This document shows, piece by piece, positions 1-10,175 of a stretch of 64,000 nucleotides of DNA; the stretch's first letter is position 1, and each line of letters begins with the position of its first letter. Location of the stretch: the NCBI GenBank assembly GCA_036278915.1, contig DASUKB010000001.1:301186-365185 (forward strand). Direction: 5' to 3'. Position numbers and translations under genes: made by a program. The DNA comes from Patescibacteria group bacterium. GTDB lineage: Bacteria > Patescibacteriota > Doudnabacteria > UBA920 > O2-02-FULL-48-8. Below the pieces are notes generated by a model. It had not been told where the DNA came from. It saw only the letters and a program-made list of their open reading frames with translations, and ran no database searches.

Positions 1-478
1 CATCCGGTCCATAGACATTCCATTTCTGCGCCGTAAAATTGGAGTGGTATTCCAGGACATAAAACTCCTTCCAAACCGCACTGCGTTTGAAAACGTGGCT
101 TTTGCCATGGAAGTTTCCGGCGAACGCATAAACGCCATCAAGCGCGAGGTTCCAAAGATTTTGGAAACCGTGGGATTGGAAGAAAAATCCAAGGCCTTTC
201 CTGACGAAATGTCTGGCGGCGAACGCCAGCGCGTAGCCATAGCGCGCGCTCTCGCGCATAATCCAGTACTGCTCCTGGCAGACGAACCGACTGGGAACCT
301 TGATTCCATAAACGCCTGGGATATCATCCAGCTGCTTTTGAAAATCAACAAAGGCGGCACCACGGTCATTTTGGCTACGCATGCCAAGGATTTGGTGAAC
401 TCCATCAAAAAACGCGTGGTCACCATAGAAAAAGGCGAAATAGTCTACGACCAGGAAAAAGGGAAATACGTTTTATAA
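1..478 (+). CDS. ftsE: Cell-division ABC transporter ATP-binding protein FtsE (5' end truncated by window edge)
   Basis: ABC signature (SGGERQR, ~LSGGQ) and Walker B LLLADEPT; followed directly by ftsX. Confidence 0.85.
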   Translation, partial: IRSIDIPFLRRKIGVVFQDIKLLPNRTAFENVAFAMEVSGERINAIKREVPKILETVGLEEKSKAFPDEMSGGERQRVAIARALAHNPVLLLADEPTGNLDSINAWDIIQLLLKINKGGTTVILATHAKDLVNSIKKRVVTIEKGEIVYDQEKGKYVL

Positions 479-550
479 AATTAATCTAATTAACCTAATT
501 GATCCGGAGTTTAGTCCAATTAGAAATTAGTAATTAGAAATTTTCAGGAT

Positions 551-1465
551 ATGAGCTTCACTGTATTCAAAAGATTAGTTAAATCCGGCGTTACCAATTT
601 TTTCCGAAATATTTGGCTGTCCGTGGCCGCAACCTCGGTTATGACCATTACGCTCTTTATAATTGCGACAATCTTGGTTTTGTATACGCTGACGGCGGTG
701 TCCCTGACCAACATCAAGGACAAAGTTGGAATCACAGCCTATTTCAACAATACAACTTCCGAAACAGAAATCCTGACTATAAAAGATGAAGTTGCCGCCT
801 TGCCGGGAGTTAAAGAAGTTGACTACATCCCCAAAGATTTGGCGCGCGACCAATTTATAGCGGCACACCAAGATGACCCGCTCCTTATAGAAACGCTGAA
901 CGAATTTTCGGAGTCCGACAATCCGTTGCCGGCTTCGTTTGCCATCAAAGCCAATGACCTGCCGGATTATGCCGGCATTGCGCAGGTCCTCAACTCCGAC
1001 CGATATTCGCCTTACTTCAGCAAAATACGCGACAACAGCACTGTCATCAACAAACTCAATAAGATTACTTCCGCTATCACCCAAGGCGGCATCGGACTGA
1101 CCGTGGTGTTTGTGCTGGTTACGATCCTTGTAATGTTCAACACTATCCGGCTGACTATTTATAATCGACGCGAAGAAGTGGAGATAATGCGACTCGTTGG
1201 CGCCACAAATTGGTACATCCGAGGCCCGTTTATAATTGAGGGAATAATGTACGGCCTGCTGGCGACAATTATCGCCTCTGGCATTATGATTTTGCTGCTA
1301 TTTTTATTATCTAGCCGGCTGGAGGGCTTCCTCTCGCTTCAGACTGCGGGCTCAGGACTTATCAACGGATTGTACTGGAAAGTTTTGGTCGCGGATCTAA
1401 TTGTTGGTGTAGGCTTGGGAATAATTGCCTCAAGCATCGCCATAAGAAGATATTTGAAAGTTTAG
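551..1465 (+). CDS. ftsX: Cell-division permease FtsX
   Basis: N-terminal TM, extracellular domain, three C-terminal TM helices; immediately downstream of ftsE. Confidence 0.8.
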   Translation: MSFTVFKRLVKSGVTNFFRNIWLSVAATSVMTITLFIIATILVLYTLTAVSLTNIKDKVGITAYFNNTTSETEILTIKDEVAALPGVKEVDYIPKDLARDQFIAAHQDDPLLIETLNEFSESDNPLPASFAIKANDLPDYAGIAQVLNSDRYSPYFSKIRDNSTVINKLNKITSAITQGGIGLTVVFVLVTILVMFNTIRLTIYNRREEVEIMRLVGATNWYIRGPFIIEGIMYGLLATIIASGIMILLLFLLSSRLEGFLSLQTAGSGLINGLYWKVLVADLIVGVGLGIIASSIAIRRYLKV

Positions 1466-1469
1466 TGAG

Positions 1470-1916
1470 ATGAAAGTTATTCTTTCTAAAGATGTGCAGG
1501 GTTTGGGCCTAGCAGGCCAGGTCAAAGAAGTTTCTGACGGCCACGCCAGGAATTTTTTGATTCCGAAACATCTAGCACTGCCGGCAACCTCCGGAATTTT
1601 GGCCCGAGTCCAGAAAGAAGAAGCCGAAGCCGAAGCTCGAGTAAAAAAAGAGCAGACCCAGGCTCAAAATTTATCTAAAAAAAATGCAAATCTCACTTTT
1701 GCAGTGCAAGGCAAAGCGGAAAAAGGCAAATTATTTGCTGCTATAACTAAGGACCAGGTCGCAACCGCCGTAAATTCCGCCTTGCATTTGGCAATCTTGC
1801 CAAAACAAGTTATAATCAGACAGGCGATTAAAACCTACGGACTGCACGACTGCGAAATCAAGTTAAGCGACACCATTACGACTCATGCCAAAATTAAGGT
1901 TGAAAAAGAAGCCTAA
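1470..1916 (+). CDS. rplI: 50S ribosomal protein L9
   Basis: MKVIL.KDV.GLG..G.V.EVSDG.ARNFLIP N-terminus typical of L9; 148 aa. Confidence 0.85.
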   Translation: MKVILSKDVQGLGLAGQVKEVSDGHARNFLIPKHLALPATSGILARVQKEEAEAEARVKKEQTQAQNLSKKNANLTFAVQGKAEKGKLFAAITKDQVATAVNSALHLAILPKQVIIRQAIKTYGLHDCEIKLSDTITTHAKIKVEKEA

Positions 1917-3597
1917 GAAACAGACTAAATATATCTTCGTTACGGGAGGCGTACTTTCTGGCCTCGGAAAAGGCATAACCGCTGCATCAATTGGGAATAT
2001 TCTCAAAGCTCGCGGTTTTTCTGTGTTTATGCAGAAATTTGACCAGTACCTGAACGTCGACGCAGGCACGCTCAACCCGGCCGAGCACGGGGAAGTGTTC
2101 GTTACGGACGACGGGGCGGAAACCGATTTGGACCTCGGACACTATGAACGATTTATAGACACCAACCTCACCAAAGCTTCATCTGTGATGACGGGCCAAA
2201 TCTACCGCTCAATTTTGGACAAGGAACGCAGCGGCTATTTTTTGGGCAAGACCATACAAGTCATACCGCATGTCACGGATGAAGTCAAAGAACGGATCAA
2301 AAAAGCCGCTCGCGAATCTCAAGCCGACATTCTAATTACCGAAATCGGCGGCACTGTAGGCGACTACGAAGGTACACATTTTATAGAAGCGATCCGCCAA
2401 ATGTCCTACGACGTCGGACGCGAAAATGTCTTGTACATTCACGTCGGTTTTGTGCCGTACCTGGCCGTGTCGGAAGAACTCAAAACCAAACCCTTGCAGA
2501 ATTCCGTGCACGATTTGCAGGCTATGGGCATCCAGCCGGACGTGGTGGTAGCCAGGTCTGATTATCCGATCCGCAACGGCATTATAAATAAAATTGCCCT
2601 TTTTTCAGGTGTGTCCGCGGATTCAGTCATCCCGCTCGAAACGGTCTCCACGGTTTACGAAGTGCCTCTCATACTCGAACGCTGGAAACTGGATACTTTG
2701 ATTATCAAAAAACTCTCGCTGCCAAATGCTGGACGGCGAAGCACCGCTTGGAGCAAACTTGTAGCGCAGATTAAAAAACCCAAGAAACACAAACTGAAAG
2801 TAGCACTCGTAGGCAAATACATGGGCATGAAAGATACTTACCTTTCTGTTACAGAGGCGCTTAAGTCCGCGGGCTTGGCAAATAACGCTGAATTACAAAT
2901 TGAATGGATAGACGCAGAAAAACTTTCGCGCAAAGGGACTGACCAGCTCAAAGGAATGGATGCAATTCTGGTTCCAGGCGGCTTCGGAAAAAGGGGAGTG
3001 GAAGGGAAAATTTTAGCTGCCCAATACGCGCGCGAGAAGAAAATCCCATATCTTGGCCTTTGTTTAGGGCTGCAGATTGCGGTTATAGAGTTTGCGCGGA
3101 ACGTTTGCCGTCTCCGCGAAGCCACAAGCATGGAATTCAACGGCAAATCGGAACACCAGGTAATACATGTCATGCCCGACCAGGAAAAAAAGCTTCTCAA
3201 ACGCGAATACGGCGGCAGTATGCGCCTGGGAGCCTGGGTCTGTGCAATCAAACCTGGAACTTTGGCATTTGAAGCCTATGGCGAATCCAAAATTTCAGAA
3301 CGCCACCGCCACCGTTACGAAGTCAACAACAAATACCGCAAGATTCTTGAAGCTCGAGGGCTCGTGATCTCAGGGACCACCACGGATAACCAGTTGGTGG
3401 AAATTGTGGAACTGCGAGATCACCCGTTTTTTATGGGCGTACAGTTCCATCCCGAATTCAAGTCACGCCCGCTGTCGCCCGGACCTGTATTCCGAGACTT
3501 TATAAAATCGGCTGTTAAATTAAAACAGCAGCCTAAAATTAGCAGCAAAACTAAGGACAAACCAAAGACAAGGATCCCGGAACTTGTAAAAGCATAA
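1885..3597 (+). CDS. pyrG: CTP synthase. Start uncertain: ORF overlaps rplI, a TTG at 1900 is an alternative start
   Basis: KYIFVTGGV.SGLGKG N-terminus; glutamine amidotransferase C-domain (GLCLGLQ); about 570 aa. Confidence 0.9.
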   Translation: MPKLRLKKKPKKQTKYIFVTGGVLSGLGKGITAASIGNILKARGFSVFMQKFDQYLNVDAGTLNPAEHGEVFVTDDGAETDLDLGHYERFIDTNLTKASSVMTGQIYRSILDKERSGYFLGKTIQVIPHVTDEVKERIKKAARESQADILITEIGGTVGDYEGTHFIEAIRQMSYDVGRENVLYIHVGFVPYLAVSEELKTKPLQNSVHDLQAMGIQPDVVVARSDYPIRNGIINKIALFSGVSADSVIPLETVSTVYEVPLILERWKLDTLIIKKLSLPNAGRRSTAWSKLVAQIKKPKKHKLKVALVGKYMGMKDTYLSVTEALKSAGLANNAELQIEWIDAEKLSRKGTDQLKGMDAILVPGGFGKRGVEGKILAAQYAREKKIPYLGLCLGLQIAVIEFARNVCRLREATSMEFNGKSEHQVIHVMPDQEKKLLKREYGGSMRLGAWVCAIKPGTLAFEAYGESKISERHRHRYEVNNKYRKILEARGLVISGTTTDNQLVEIVELRDHPFFMGVQFHPEFKSRPLSPGPVFRDFIKSAVKLKQQPKISSKTKDKPKTRIPELVKA

Positions 3598-3601
3598 ATA
3601 A

Positions 3602-3626
3602 AAACCCGCTATAAGGCGGGTTTTTA
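3602..3626. terminator. Bidirectional intrinsic terminator between pyrG (+) and rpmA (-)
   Basis: aaaaCCCGCtataaGGCGGGttttt hairpin flanked by A-run and T-run. Confidence 0.6.
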
Positions 3627-3635
3627 AATTGCAGT

Positions 3636-3917
3636 TTAGGATTGCGGAACTACGTGAACAAACTTTCGCAAATGGAGGCCGCCATCAAATCCTTTGACTT
3701 TTTTGCTAGTAAATTTAACCTTGCCCGTGGATACAGCATAGAGTGTATCATCAGAGCCGATTCGGACATTTTTGCCAGCGTGCCATTTCGTGCCGCGCTG
3801 ACGGATTAGGATGTTGCCGATTTTGGCAGTCTGACCGCCAAAAATTTTGATGCCTAAACGTTTGGATTGGGAGTCTCGTCCAAGGGCTGTAGAGCCTCCT
3901 GCTTTCTTATGAGCCAT
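3636..3917 (-). CDS. rpmA: 50S ribosomal protein L27
   Basis: [25 protein letters not shown]-terminus diagnostic of L27. Confidence 0.9.
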   Translation of the reverse strand: MAHKKAGGSTALGRDSQSKRLGIKIFGGQTAKIGNILIRQRGTKWHAGKNVRIGSDDTLYAVSTGKVKFTSKKVKGFDGGLHLRKFVHVVPQS

Positions 3918-3983
3918 ATTGGCGAAATTTCTAATTATTAATTTCTAATTGTTTTAGTTCAATTAGAAATTAGGTCAATTAGG

Positions 3984-5351
3984 TTAATTAGAAATTCTTT
4001 CTTTCTTGGATTCTGTCTCCAGCGCGGCTGCGCTTTCTATTACAGTTTCCTGATTAATTTCTCCGTTTTGGAATATAATTATCTCTCGCGCCACCACCTG
4101 GTCTTTGCGGTCATAGACTATGGAATTTCTTGGCGTTACCCGCAAAAACTTGTACTTGTCTCGGATAGGAGAGGGGATTGGATCGCAAATAGTATACCCA
4201 GATTCCGCGGCAAAGTCAAGATTGGGCATAAATGCGTAACCCGCGCTGCTGATCTTGTATGCTGGCAAACAGAGGCAAATTCGACCGCCTTTTGGCACAA
4301 ATTTGCTAAATTCTTTGAAAACTTGCGAATAAAGTTTTGCCAGATTGCTAAAATTTAGATCCATTTGGGATTTTTTGGGAAGTTTGCTGTAAATGGGCCC
4401 CAGCGTGCCTTCAGAAACCACAGCGGCGATTTTCAAATTTGGAATCTGCAAAGAGATTTCCGCTGCGTGCGAGCGGAGAAGCTTATAACGGTTCGGCGCG
4501 ACATGATATCGGTTGCGGAACCACTCCAAATTCTTTTCACTGTTTTCTATAGCCAGCTGGTCCAAATCCGAACCTACGGCACGGTACCCCATAAGGATTG
4601 CTTCCTGCAAAATTGTGCCCGAACCGCAGAACGGGTCCAGAATGTAGTCCAGCGGTTTGAGGCTCCCTGCCAGATTGATCATGCTCTGCGCAACTTTAGG
4701 TGGGATCATACCCGAATGCTCGTCTCGTGCCGGACGCTGATAGTCGCGCCTGCCGTAGTCTTCATAGTTTTGGACCGTCAGGGTTTTACCCACAAACAAT
4801 TTTTGGTTGCCGCAAATTACGACAACCTCCGCGCCTTTTTGTAAAAGCTGGTTTTCGGTAACCAGCACCGAAGACAGCTGTTGGGCAGGGAATTGGGGGA
4901 GCACGGCGCGGGCCGAAGCTGATTGATCTTGCAAAATCTTCTTGATGAGAAACGCTATGCGCTGGGATTCTTCGCGGAACCGAAGCAGGGGATCCAAAAC
5001 ATACAAAGACACGCCAAACTGCTTCTTGCCGGAGTATTCGTGGAAATATTCGTTAATTCGTTTGTAGGTAAAGTAATTGGCCAAGGTCTGCGACGGGTAC
5101 TCGCGACCCTTCTTTTGGAAACTATCAAAAAGGCGTATAATCTTAATAACCCCGCCAAGTTTGGCCTGAAGTTTAGGCGCGTCCAGTTGGGCTTCCGTCT
5201 CAATTACCGCCACTTCAGCCGAGCATGCGGCTAGACGGAAATCCACACCCGAATTTTGCAGAACTTGCAGCAATTCGGCTAAGGATAATGTAAACACCCG
5301 TCCAAGTACAAATGCGTATTGATACATAAATATGAATTTTATCCGCCACAA
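3984..5351 (-). CDS. Class I SAM-dependent RNA methyltransferase (THUMP / N6-adenine-type, RlmL/Trm14-like). Start may be the Met at 5327
   Basis: DPFCGSGTI SAM-binding motif; NPPY-like region; about 450 aa. Confidence 0.7.
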   Translation of the reverse strand: MWRIKFIFMYQYAFVLGRVFTLSLAELLQVLQNSGVDFRLAACSAEVAVIETEAQLDAPKLQAKLGGVIKIIRLFDSFQKKGREYPSQTLANYFTYKRINEYFHEYSGKKQFGVSLYVLDPLLRFREESQRIAFLIKKILQDQSASARAVLPQFPAQQLSSVLVTENQLLQKGAEVVVICGNQKLFVGKTLTVQNYEDYGRRDYQRPARDEHSGMIPPKVAQSMINLAGSLKPLDYILDPFCGSGTILQEAILMGYRAVGSDLDQLAIENSEKNLEWFRNRYHVAPNRYKLLRSHAAEISLQIPNLKIAAVVSEGTLGPIYSKLPKKSQMDLNFSNLAKLYSQVFKEFSKFVPKGGRICLCLPAYKISSAGYAFMPNLDFAAESGYTICDPIPSPIRDKYKFLRVTPRNSIVYDRKDQVVAREIIIFQNGEINQETVIESAAALETESKKERISN

Positions 5352-5703
5352 TCAACAAAAAATCGCCCTGGCAATAGGTTTTGTGGCTGTGGCCACTCTC
5401 GGTTTCTGGGGCGGCGTTGATATAAATAAACAAGCACCGCAACCCACAGTCTCTGCCAGTTCCTCCTCTACTAGCAATTATACTCAAGAAATTCCCCCGG
5501 CACAAACGACCTCCGCAACTGCTATAGATACGCAAACGCCCGCACCCGCGGATCTCAACTGCCAGGGAAAGATTAAAGGCTCGTCAAGCCATATTTATCA
5601 TATGCCCGGCGGGGCATTTTACGATAAAACCACGCACCCGATAGCATGTTTTGATACCGAAGCCGAAGCCCAAGCCGCAGGGTTTAGAAAATCCAGCAGA
5701 TAG
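5332..5703 (+). CDS. Membrane-anchored hypothetical protein with C-terminal IYH.PGG.Y...F.TEAEA.AAGFR motif
   Basis: N-terminal TM, Ser/Thr-rich linker, conserved-looking C-terminal motif; no SD. Confidence 0.45.
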   Translation: MNFIRHNQQKIALAIGFVAVATLGFWGGVDINKQAPQPTVSASSSSTSNYTQEIPPAQTTSATAIDTQTPAPADLNCQGKIKGSSSHIYHMPGGAFYDKTTHPIACFDTEAEAQAAGFRKSSR

Positions 5704-5788
5704 ACATCTTGACCTCCAAAAAGTAAGCAACCTGATCTGGTCACGAAAACTGGAAAGCATTTGTTGCTTAGAATAATCACTTTATATT

Positions 5789-7009
5789 ATGAAAATGAAG
5801 CGGATTTATCTTGATAACGCGGCCACCACACCGATCGATAAGCACGTTGCGAAAGCCATGCGTGATTTTGAGGTGGAATTTTACGGCAATCCCAACTCCA
5901 TACACAGAGAAGGGCAGACTGCCCGCGCTAAAATTGATTTTGCCCGCGCTAAAATTGCCAAGTTCATAAATGCCAAGCCGCAGGAAATAATTTTTACCTC
6001 CGGTGCCACAGAATCCAATAACCACGCGATCCGCGGCATAATTTCCAATGCCTTGCGTAATCTCCGATTTCCATCCGGCAACAAACCACACATAGTGACC
6101 ACGCAACTTGAACATCAATCTATCTACAACACAGCTAAATTGATGGAAGAGTGGGGAATAGTAGATGTTACTTATCTTAAACCTGCCCCGGAAGGAACGA
6201 TTCGCGCCGAAGACGTCATTAAAGCAATCACCGAAAATACAATCCTTATATCTATTATCTTTGTTTCAAATGAAATTGGTTCGGTGTTGCCAATACGCGA
6301 AATCGGCAAACATCTTGCAGATGTAAACGCGCGCCAAAGACACAAAATTTATTTTCACACAGACGCGGTGCAAGCGGCCAAATATTTTAATCTCAACGTA
6401 GACAAACTCGGCGTGGACCTCATGACTTTGTCTGCTCACAAAATTAATGGTCCAAAGGGGATAGGTGCGCTTTATATCCGCACCGGCACCAAATTAGACA
6501 ATCTCTTAACCGGAGGTTCCCAAGAATACGGCATGCGCCCCGGCACGCAAAACACGTCTGGCATAATCGGCTTTGCCAAAGCAGTAGAACTTATGGGAAG
6601 CTTAGAGGAACGACAAAAATCCGCTGAGAAGATCAAAATATTGCGCGACGAGCTTATTGCCGCAATCACCGGTTTTACTAATGTCTGGCTCAATGGCCCA
6701 GCTGGACCTTTGCGCGCGCCGGATAACGTAAATTTTAGCGTCTTGGGTGCTGATTCAGACCTCATGCTATCCAAGTTGGACCTGTCTGGGATTGCTGCAT
6801 CCACGGGTTCAGCGTGCGTGTCCGGGTCATCCGAGCCGTCTCATGTGATCCAAGCTTTAGGCAAAATTTCCAAAGATAAAAAAGCTGCCACGGTCAGACT
6901 GACTTTAGGTAAACAAAACACGAGACAGGAAATTAAATCGGCAATCCAGATCATAACCAAGATCCTGGAGGAGTCTGGTTCAACAGACCAAACCCCAAGA
7001 CTTAGGTAA
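5789..7009 (+). CDS. Cysteine desulfurase (class V aminotransferase, IscS/NifS-like)
   Basis: LDNAATTP N-terminus; SAHKINGPKG PLP-lysine motif; Cys in C-terminal loop (TGSAC). Confidence 0.85.
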   Translation: MKMKRIYLDNAATTPIDKHVAKAMRDFEVEFYGNPNSIHREGQTARAKIDFARAKIAKFINAKPQEIIFTSGATESNNHAIRGIISNALRNLRFPSGNKPHIVTTQLEHQSIYNTAKLMEEWGIVDVTYLKPAPEGTIRAEDVIKAITENTILISIIFVSNEIGSVLPIREIGKHLADVNARQRHKIYFHTDAVQAAKYFNLNVDKLGVDLMTLSAHKINGPKGIGALYIRTGTKLDNLLTGGSQEYGMRPGTQNTSGIIGFAKAVELMGSLEERQKSAEKIKILRDELIAAITGFTNVWLNGPAGPLRAPDNVNFSVLGADSDLMLSKLDLSGIAASTGSACVSGSSEPSHVIQALGKISKDKKAATVRLTLGKQNTRQEIKSAIQIITKILEESGSTDQTPRLR

Positions 7010-7286
7010 GGTAAAGGTATGCCGGATAATACGAAATATATGCATATTGAGAAGAATGGGGATGGTCGCACAATGGCACTTATGCGACATCAAATCAATT
7101 TAAAACGATTCGGGGCTTAAATAAATATATATTTAAATATGTATTTTTTTTACTACTCTATTCCCTACTTATAGATTATTGTTTAGAAATTAGATCAATT
7201 AGAAATTAAAAATTATTTTCGATAGTTTCAATTTGGGTAAATTCCGCTCTCCCCTATTTTTTGCCGAATCGGGGAGTGAAGCAATT

Positions 7287-7317
7287 AAAAAAACCAGACT
7301 ATTAAAGTCTGGTTTTA
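7287..7317. terminator. Intrinsic terminator downstream of the M23 peptidase gene
   Basis: aaaaaaACCAGACTattaaAGTCTGGTTtt. Confidence 0.6.
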
Positions 7318-7328
7318 GATTCCAAATT

Positions 7329-8654
7329 TTAATCCAGGAAGTCCAAAGGATTATATGGCGCACCAGCAGGAACCTCATATGCCCCATACTTACTTTGGTA
7401 TGCACCGGGCACTACAGTGAAGCCTTGGGCATCAAACACGGTGAAGTGCAGATGGAAGCCGCGTTCAGGGCCGTAGAGAATGCGCGTCGTATTGCCGGTG
7501 TTGCCTTCATAGCCAATGAGGTCTCCTTCTTTGACGGTCTGTCCTTTTTTGAGCACGTATGAAGCCATGTGGCCGTATAGAGTAATTATCGGATGCGATG
7601 CGAATGCGCCAGTATCATGTTTGATGGCGACCCAGTTGCCATATGCCCCATCGATACCGCTCGGAGTGGCTTTGCCAGTTGCGATGACTGTGCCATCTGC
7701 AGGAACGTGGATTGATGTCCCAGGAGCCGCCGCGATGTCCAAACCATTGTGGAACGAATAGCCAAGCGATGTAAAACCAGTATTGCCATAGCCTTGCGTA
7801 ATCGTGCCTCTCATAGGCCAGGCCAACAACCCTTTGTGCGGAGTCAGTTTATTATTGCCAAGCTTAGCCGCAATCTGATCATCAAGATTATTTATTTCAT
7901 CATTTAGAGCTTTTTGGTCAGCTTGAGTGCTGGCGAGTAATTTCTGGTATGCTGCTTCCTTGCCCTTAGTCTGCGCCAGCAGCTGTTGCTTGTCTCCCTT
8001 TTGCTGTTCCAAAGCTTCGTTTTGGGCCTGCAGGGATTGGTTCAGTTCATCAAGTTGATTTTTTTGCTGTTTGAGTTCGTCCTGTCTGGCTTGCAAATCT
8101 TGCTGCAATTGTTTGATCTGCGAGAGCGCCTGTTCGCTTTGCTGCTGAATTGAAGTCGCGTACTGAAGATCATTGAGAAAGTCGGTAAAATTATTATCCT
8201 CCAGAGCAACTTCCAAAGGCGTACGGCTGTCCAAGTCATTAATCTCGCCTATGAGCATGCCGAGAATTTGTTTCTCTTTATCGATATCGCCTTGGGTGAT
8301 GGTTATTTGGTTCGTCACATCCTGAATATCCAAATTCGCCGCCTGGATTTTGTCCTGCGTCTGTTCTATCTGCGCCTGCGTGGCCGTCACCTGCAAATCT
8401 AGAATTTTAATCTGGTTTTGAAGCGTGTTGGCCTGGCCCTGGATGGTCGAAATCTGGCCCTGGTAACTGTTTATCTGATCATTGAGTTCGTTGACCGTCT
8501 GTTGGATCTGGTCTCTTTGGGCCTGCAAAGAGTCGGTTGTGGCGTCACCTTGCGCTTTATGGTTATGCACATGCGGGAATATTAGGAGTGCTGCCAAAAT
8601 ACCGAACGCAAGTGTCGTTTTGAAGCTAATTTTTTGTTTCTGCGGTGTTTCCAT
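7329..8654 (-). CDS. Secreted coiled-coil M23 family metallopeptidase (EnvC-like murein hydrolase)
   Basis: Signal peptide; long Q/L-rich coiled coil; C-terminal M23 motifs (HNGLDIAA, HLHF). Confidence 0.8.
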   Translation of the reverse strand: METPQKQKISFKTTLAFGILAALLIFPHVHNHKAQGDATTDSLQAQRDQIQQTVNELNDQINSYQGQISTIQGQANTLQNQIKILDLQVTATQAQIEQTQDKIQAANLDIQDVTNQITITQGDIDKEKQILGMLIGEINDLDSRTPLEVALEDNNFTDFLNDLQYATSIQQQSEQALSQIKQLQQDLQARQDELKQQKNQLDELNQSLQAQNEALEQQKGDKQQLLAQTKGKEAAYQKLLASTQADQKALNDEINNLDDQIAAKLGNNKLTPHKGLLAWPMRGTITQGYGNTGFTSLGYSFHNGLDIAAAPGTSIHVPADGTVIATGKATPSGIDGAYGNWVAIKHDTGAFASHPIITLYGHMASYVLKKGQTVKEGDLIGYEGNTGNTTRILYGPERGFHLHFTVFDAQGFTVVPGAYQSKYGAYEVPAGAPYNPLDFLD

Positions 8655-8696
8655 ACCGTTTTACCCTACCATAAAGTAAAACAATTGTAAACCGTT

Positions 8697-10175
8697 CTAA
8701 GCGAGAGAATTGATGGCGTTTTGCAAGCGTTTGAGAATAATTTCTTTACCACCCGGCAGTGCGGAAAAAGCGTCCATAATTTCAAATGGACTGGGTGATG
8801 CTTCAAGTCCGGAAAGCGCAACCCGCAGAGGCCAGAGCACTTCTCCGTTTGTTAGATCTTTTTCCGTTATCAAGTTTTTAATTTTTAGTTCAAGATTATC
8901 CTTTATAAATTCGGACTTATCAAAATTGCTGAGCACGCTGCTGAGCATGATAAGATTTTGTTTTGCTGTCTCTGCACTCCCCTTCTTCCAGACAAGCAGG
9001 GCAGGGTCGTACTCTGGTTCATGGAAAAAGTATCGGACCCTATCCCCTATCTCCGATAATTTCTTGAGTCTTCCCTGCTCAAGTCCCAAAATTTTTAGAA
9101 CAAATTCCCTAGGAGCGGTTTTGGCTTCTGACAAGTATTCGCTTATTCGCGCGAATAGTTCCTCTAAGCTCAGTTTGCGAATATACAGACCATTAATCCA
9201 ATCCAATTTTTCTAAATCAAATACAGCGCCCGATTTGTTGACCTTGTCCAGACTGAATTGCTCTATGAGTTCATCAAGCGTAAAAATTTCCTGTTCGGTT
9301 TTCGGATTCCAGCCAAGTAGCGCCACAAAATTTAATAACGCTTCCGGTAAATATCCTTGCGCTAGAAAATCTTTTACAGCCACATCACCTTCGCGTTTGG
9401 ACAGCTTCTTTTTGGATTTAGAAAGGAGCAGAGGCAAATGCGCGTATTGCGGTGATGGCCAGCCAAAAGCCGAGTAAAGCAGGATGTGTTTGGGAGTCGA
9501 CGGCAGCCATTCGTCGCCGCGCAAAACATAATTTATGTTCATCAGATAATCGTCAACCACAACGGCAAGATGGTAAGTCGGGAAACCATCGGATTTGAGC
9601 AGCACCTGATCGTCAATGTCGTTTGTGGAGATTGAAATTTCTCCATGAATTAAATCAGTAAAGCGTATGGTCTGATCTGCCGGGACGTTGAGGCGGATCA
9701 CATGTGGTTCATTGTTAGCCAATTTTTGCTGAACTTCTTCTTTGCTCAAGCTCAAACAAAGTTTATCGTACTTTGGGGGAAGCTTTTGTGCTTCCTGCGA
9801 TTTTCGTAAATCTTCCAGTCTTTGCGGCGTGCAAAAGCAATAATAGGCGTGATTTTTTTCAATTAATTCCTCCGCGTACTTTTTATAAATAGGCAGTCGC
9901 TTGGATTGCAAATACGGCGCGTATGGGCCTTGCTCTTTGACGCCGTTATCCCAGACAAAGCCTTCATCCGGATCCAATTTAAAGTCATGGAGGACTTTGA
10001 CGACATCTTCAAGCGCTCCTTCCACCAATCTGTTCTGATCCGTGTCCTCTACACGCAAAACAAACTTGCCGTGATTTTTGCGTGCAAATAAAAAATTAAA
10101 CAAGGCGCTCCGTAGAGTCCCCACATGGGCAAACCCTGTCGGAGATGGTGCGATACGAGTTCTAATTTCTGCCAT
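8697..10175 (-). CDS. gltX: Glutamate--tRNA ligase
   Basis: RIAPSPTGFAHVG (HIGH region), KLSKR (KMSKS-like); 492 aa. Confidence 0.9.
   Translation of the reverse strand: MAEIRTRIAPSPTGFAHVGTLRSALFNFLFARKNHGKFVLRVEDTDQNRLVEGALEDVVKVLHDFKLDPDEGFVWDNGVKEQGPYAPYLQSKRLPIYKKYAEELIEKNHAYYCFCTPQRLEDLRKSQEAQKLPPKYDKLCLSLSKEEVQQKLANNEPHVIRLNVPADQTIRFTDLIHGEISISTNDIDDQVLLKSDGFPTYHLAVVVDDYLMNINYVLRGDEWLPSTPKHILLYSAFGWPSPQYAHLPLLLSKSKKKLSKREGDVAVKDFLAQGYLPEALLNFVALLGWNPKTEQEIFTLDELIEQFSLDKVNKSGAVFDLEKLDWINGLYIRKLSLEELFARISEYLSEAKTAPREFVLKILGLEQGRLKKLSEIGDRVRYFFHEPEYDPALLVWKKGSAETAKQNLIMLSSVLSNFDKSEFIKDNLELKIKNLITEKDLTNGEVLWPLRVALSGLEASPSPFEIMDAFSALPGGKEIILKRLQNAINSLA

Noticed and set aside
575-1084. 169-aa minus-strand ORF (and 544..735) inside ftsX
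   Set aside because: Antisense to a well-supported FtsX CDS; composition typical of shadow ORFs.
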